From Candidatus Odinarchaeia archaeon (lineage in GTDB: Archaea > Asgardarchaeota > Odinarchaeia > Odinarchaeales > Odinarchaeaceae): 21,238 nucleotides of DNA. Shown here in pieces: positions 17,304-21,238 of the stretch. The stretch lies in assembly GCA_029856525.1 (NCBI GenBank), contig JAHQXC010000016.1:1-21238 (forward strand), given 5' to 3'. Both the position numbers and the translations under genes were made by a program. Positions within the stretch are counted from its first letter, which is position 1. Every line of letters begins with the position of its first letter. The notes below the pieces were generated by a model that did no database searches, was not told the origin of the DNA, and saw only the letters and a program-made list of their open reading frames with translations.

Positions 17304-17429
17304 GCCGCGATGGTGTAGCTCGGCCAAGCATCTGGGGCTTTCGATCCGAGAACCTGCTGCTTGGAGGAGACCCCCCAAGTAGAGTTAAACTCTTGGGAGA
17401 CTCGGGTTCAAATCCCGATCGCGGCACCA
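17304..17429 (+). tRNA. trnE: tRNA-Glu(UUC) with two predicted introns and encoded CCA
   Basis: GCCGCGA/UCGCGGC acceptor, UGGGG/CCCCA anticodon stem, UUC at 17340-17342, UCGGGUUCAAAUCCCGA T-arm. Removing 17344-17371 (37/38) and 17380-17399 (45/46) gives a 78-nt tRNA with AGAC variable loop. Confidence 0.92.
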
Positions 17430-17696
17430 TTTTTAATTAGTTTTTCCTGTCCGCATTGTAAATTTAGGCTAGCCGGTTCCAGATAGTTTAAATTAAAATT
17501 TTAATCATAATAGTTTTTAGTAAGCTTCGAACCTTTTATAAAGTCTAGTTAAACCGCTAATAATTACACAGCGATACTATTTTATTAAAGAAAAATTTTT
17601 ATTATTTAATTTCTTTTTAACGGCTAATAGTTTAATAGTAACTTCTACTGTTAAAAATGTTAAAAGTGAAGTAAAAACATGCGGTGCAATGAAAAT

Positions 17697-18779
17697 ATGA
17701 GGATAGCTGTGATAATTGGGACAAGGCCTGAAATAATAAAAATTTCACCGGTGTTACGGAGATTAGAGAAATCCTCTTTAGAATTCAAGGTGATTCATAC
17801 CGGTCAACATTATTCTTCTAATATGGATAAAATATTCTTCGACGAATTAGAATTAAAAACACCTGATTATAATCTTCACGTAGGCTCAGGTTCCCACGCT
17901 GAGGAAACAGGTAGAATGATTATAGAGGTTGAGAAGACTCTTAAAAAAGAGCAGCCTAGTCTTGTATTAGTGTTAGGTGACACTAACACAGCTTTAGCCG
18001 GAGCTTTAAGCGCTGTGAAGCTTCGAATAAAAATCGCTCATATCGAAGCTGGTTTAAGATGTTATGATAAGAATACGCCTGAAGAGGTTAACAGAGTTGT
18101 AGTAGACCACGTATCAGATTATTTATTCGCTCCAACGGAACGAGCTGTTAAAAATCTTTTATCAGAGTCTATTAAAGAAGAAAACATTTTTCTTACAGGT
18201 AATACGATAGTCGACGCTGTGTACGAGAACTCTAGTATCGCTGATAAAAAATCTAGTATTTTAAGTAGATTAAACCTTAAAAGAAGAGAATATTTTTTAG
18301 TTACAGCACATAGAGAGGAGAACATCGATTTTAAAGAGAGATTTAACGGTATTTTAAACGGTTTAAAGCTTATCGCTGACTTTTTTTCAATTCCAATCAT
18401 CTATCCTATTCACCCGCGCGCGCAGAAGAATATTGAAAAATTCGGTTTAAAGATTCCTGATGAAATCTTTTTAACACCCCCTTTAGGATATCTTGATTTT
18501 CTGAAACTGCTGATAAATTCAAGACTTGTGTTAACTGATTCAGGTGGAGTACAGGAGGAAGCGTGCATTTTAAAAATACCATGTGTAACACTACGCGACT
18601 CTACTGAAAGACCTGAAACTTTAACAGTTGGCAGCAATTTTTTAGTCGGAACCAACCCTGATAAAATTATTGAGGGTGTAAATCATATGCTTAAAAAGAA
18701 CACTGACTGGGAGAATCCTTTCGGAGACGGTCAGGCGGGTGAGAGAATAGTCAATATTATAAAATGTTTGAAGGTGTAG
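17697..18779 (+). CDS. wecB: UDP-N-acetylglucosamine 2-epimerase, non-hydrolysing
   Basis: IGTRPEIIK, HTGQHYS, LGDTNT, HIEAGLR, PEEVNR, TAHREEN, TDSGGVQEEA, NPFGDG. ATG 17697 preferred over 17679. Confidence 0.93.
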   Translation: MRIAVIIGTRPEIIKISPVLRRLEKSSLEFKVIHTGQHYSSNMDKIFFDELELKTPDYNLHVGSGSHAEETGRMIIEVEKTLKKEQPSLVLVLGDTNTALAGALSAVKLRIKIAHIEAGLRCYDKNTPEEVNRVVVDHVSDYLFAPTERAVKNLLSESIKEENIFLTGNTIVDAVYENSSIADKKSSILSRLNLKRREYFLVTAHREENIDFKERFNGILNGLKLIADFFSIPIIYPIHPRAQKNIEKFGLKIPDEIFLTPPLGYLDFLKLLINSRLVLTDSGGVQEEACILKIPCVTLRDSTERPETLTVGSNFLVGTNPDKIIEGVNHMLKKNTDWENPFGDGQAGERIVNIIKCLKV

Positions 18780-18782
18780 AAT

Positions 18783-20033
18783 ATGAAGGTTTGCGTTATA
18801 GGGTTAGGCTATATAGGTCTTCCAACCGCATGCCTTATAGCCGGTGCAGGCCATAAGGTTGTAGGCGTTGATATTAAAACTAACATTATTAACATGTTGA
18901 ACGCTGGTAGACTACCGTTCAAAGAAAAAGGCTTAGATGAATTATTTAATAATGTGAAAGATAATATGAGTTTTAAAAACCAGCCTGAAGAAGCCGACGT
19001 ATTCTTGATAGCGGTTCCCACACCGTTAGATAAAGAGGCTAAAATAGCCGATCTATCTTATGTTCGAAAAGCATGTGAGAGCATTAAAAAATATGTTAAA
19101 GAGGATAGCCTGGTAGTTGTGGAAAGTACTGTTCCACCTGGAACCTGTGAGCTTATCGTATCATCGATTTTAAATAATAAAAAGCTTATAGCCCACTGTC
19201 CTGAACGAGCTATGCCAGGTAACACCTTATATGAAATGGTGTATAATGATCGTGTAATAGGCGCTAACAACGATAACTCGAAAGAGATAGCTGGAAGATT
19301 ATACTCTTCATTTGTTAAAGGCAAAATCTTTTACACCGATCTTAAAACAGCTGAGATGGTTAAATTAATGGAGAACACCTTCCGCGATATTAACATAGCT
19401 TTAGCTAACGAATTCGCTCAAATAGCTGAAGATATAGGTGTAAACATATGGGAGGCGATATCTCTTGCAAACAGACATCCTAGAGTTAATATTCTCTCCC
19501 CTGGTCCGGGTGTAGGCGGCCATTGCCTTGCAGTCGACCCATGGTTTCTAATAGAAAACTCGTCTAAAAGTAAAATGATAAGCCTCGCTAGAGAGATAAA
19601 CGACTCTATGCCTAAGCATGTAATGGAGTTAGTTAAAAAAATAGGTGTCCCCTCGGGAGAGACGCTAACAGTTTTAGGCGTCGCTTATAAAAGGGATGTG
19701 GATGACACCCGTGAAACACCAGCTTTAAAATTTATTAGAATCGCTGAAAACGAAGGCTATAATATTAAAATACACGATCCTTATGTTAAAGAATTCGAGT
19801 ATCCTATTTTAGACTTAAAAGAAGCGGTTACCGGGAGCAGCTGCATTGTTTTATTGACCGATCATTCAGTTTTCAAGAGTATCCCACCGGATAAAATCGC
19901 CTGCTTTATGAAGGATAAAAATTTAGTTGACACTCGAAACTGTTTAGACCATAATTTATGGGTTAACCACGGGTTTAAAGTAAAAGTTTTAGGTAAAGGG
20001 GATGCCAGTGAACTTAAGCTTTCAAAACTTTAA
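18783..20033 (+). CDS. wecC: UDP-N-acetyl-D-mannosamine dehydrogenase
   Basis: VIGLGYIGLPTA, IAVPTP, VVESTVPPGT, HCPER, ENTFRDINIALANE, PGPGVGGHCLAVDPWF, GVAYKRDVDDTRETP. Directly follows wecB. Confidence 0.9.
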   Translation: MKVCVIGLGYIGLPTACLIAGAGHKVVGVDIKTNIINMLNAGRLPFKEKGLDELFNNVKDNMSFKNQPEEADVFLIAVPTPLDKEAKIADLSYVRKACESIKKYVKEDSLVVVESTVPPGTCELIVSSILNNKKLIAHCPERAMPGNTLYEMVYNDRVIGANNDNSKEIAGRLYSSFVKGKIFYTDLKTAEMVKLMENTFRDINIALANEFAQIAEDIGVNIWEAISLANRHPRVNILSPGPGVGGHCLAVDPWFLIENSSKSKMISLAREINDSMPKHVMELVKKIGVPSGETLTVLGVAYKRDVDDTRETPALKFIRIAENEGYNIKIHDPYVKEFEYPILDLKEAVTGSSCIVLLTDHSVFKSIPPDKIACFMKDKNLVDTRNCLDHNLWVNHGFKVKVLGKGDASELKLSKL

Positions 20034-21238
20034 GTCATTGATAAACGAGCTTAAAACAGACCTGCTAAGCAAGACAGGTGTTCAAACCTCAACCCTATAT
20101 ATATCTCAGATTATAGCTTTAGTTTTAGGAGTGGCTACAGGCGTAATTAATACTCGAATACTCGGCCCTGAAGGCTACGGTTTATTCACATTCTTTTTCT
20201 CATTCACAACTTTCATCGTATTATTTTTCAGATTCGGCTTCTTCACCTCAGCTAGCCTGCTAGCAGCGCAGGCGGAAACTAAAGAGGAAGAGCGGGAGAT
20301 AATCGGGTCTTCTATATTGATAGCCCTGTTAATAGGCGTAGTCTACTCGTTCACTATATTCACGCTCAGCTTCTTCATTGATCAGATATTCAATACAAAT
20401 ATAGGGTGGTTGATGAGATACTTATCTTTTATATTAACCCTTCTACCGTTTCAATTATTAATTCCAAATTTAGCGCGTGGCACTAATAAAATATCTCTGC
20501 TTGCTTTATTTTACGTTGTTCCAGGTGTTATTTATATAGTCGGGGCTTTAACATTAATTCAATTTATAGCAATTCAAGCCCTCCACTTCATATTATTGAA
20601 CACTTTTTCAATCATAACAAGTTTAGTAATAATATTATATCTGTTTAAACCTGTTTTCAAAAACATTCAACCCACTGTAAAAAAAATTTTTGAGAAAAAT
20701 AAAGAGTATGGATTTCACATATACATAGGTCAGGTTGCCGACCAGTCTACAGCCAAGCTCGGTGATATACTTATCCCCTATTACGTTAACACAACCTCGC
20801 TTGGTTTTTACTCTCTAGCTAACACTATTATCAGCCCTATGATATCCCTCCCATCATCCGCTTCAATCTCACTATTTAAAAAATTTGTTAAAATGAAGAA
20901 AATCCCTTTCAAAATCATATTATATATCTTAGGCTGGTTAATATTTTATATAGTAATAGTATACGCGTTAGGAGGGTTGATAGTAAATATTCTATTCGGA
21001 GTAGCCTTCACCCCAGTATACTATATCGCTATTCCTTTAACTATAGGAGGGGTCTTTAAAGGACTATATCAACCTTATCTTATGTTTATGCACGCGAAGG
21101 AGTGGGGGAAAGGGATAAGAAACGCGTCTTTCACTATGGGGTTAACCTATGTTATATGCGATATTATTTTAATACCTGTTTTAGGCGTCTACGGTGCTGT
21201 GATCGCGGATATTATCGCTTCCCTTGCATTCTTTATTA
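20002..21238 (+). CDS. wzx: Oligosaccharide flippase (Wzx/MATE-like), 3'-truncated, not in ORF track
   Basis: ATG 20002 opens a frame to the window end: MPVNLSFQNF..IIALVLGVATGVINTRILGPEGYGLFTF..LGFYSLA..LIPVLGVYGAVIA. Many hydrophobic helices; the 'RILGPEGYG' and 'GVYGA' patterns are typical of Wzx. Confidence 0.85.
   Translation, partial: MPVNLSFQNFKSLINELKTDLLSKTGVQTSTLYISQIIALVLGVATGVINTRILGPEGYGLFTFFFSFTTFIVLFFRFGFFTSASLLAAQAETKEEEREIIGSSILIALLIGVVYSFTIFTLSFFIDQIFNTNIGWLMRYLSFILTLLPFQLLIPNLARGTNKISLLALFYVVPGVIYIVGALTLIQFIAIQALHFILLNTFSIITSLVIILYLFKPVFKNIQPTVKKIFEKNKEYGFHIYIGQVADQSTAKLGDILIPYYVNTTSLGFYSLANTIISPMISLPSSASISLFKKFVKMKKIPFKIILYILGWLIFYIVIVYALGGLIVNILFGVAFTPVYYIAIPLTIGGVFKGLYQPYLMFMHAKEWGKGIRNASFTMGLTYVICDIILIPVLGVYGAVIADIIASLAFFI

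Noticed and set aside
17585-17620. Imperfect inverted repeat TTAAAGAAAAATT...AATTTCTTTTTAA
   Set aside because: It is almost entirely A/T in an AT-rich spacer, so chance occurrence is likely.
9951-19324. Short antisense ORFs over glycan genes (9951, 11223, 12736, 13638, 16393, 18119, 18406, 18410, 18809, 19058)
   Set aside because: All overlap confidently assigned genes on the opposite strand and show no family signal.
1-21238. CRISPR arrays, transposases, integrases, rRNA
   Set aside because: No regularly spaced repeats, mobile-element motifs or rRNA-like sequence were seen.

Overview
Archaeal chromosomal window, most likely from an Asgard archaeon. That placement is inference from PolD, a stand-alone longin-like gene and intron-rich tRNAs; an Odinarchaeia-like lineage is plausible but unproven. 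Housekeeping genes: glyA 3' end, a CBS-domain protein, PolD large subunit DP2 with a small unannotated Cys-rich gene and a GT2 gene upstream, and an MtaB-type tRNA methylthiotransferase. A surface-glycan region carries a wbpE-wbpB-wbpD-wbpA-wbpI-like diacetamido-uronic acid operon, two GT-B glycosyltransferases, a second wecB-wecC pair and a Wzx-like flippase. The main result is seven short bulge-helix-bulge (BHB) type introns. One is a 29-nt intron (8175..8203) inside the CxxxCxxC motif of a PflX-like radical SAM mRNA; cutting it at the canonical endonuclease positions restores the frame and the third Cys. A tRNA-Leu(UAG) gene appears to carry four introns, with internal exons of 5-9 nt, and a tRNA-Glu(UUC) gene carries two. 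All RNA structures were paired by hand; none is experimentally confirmed.
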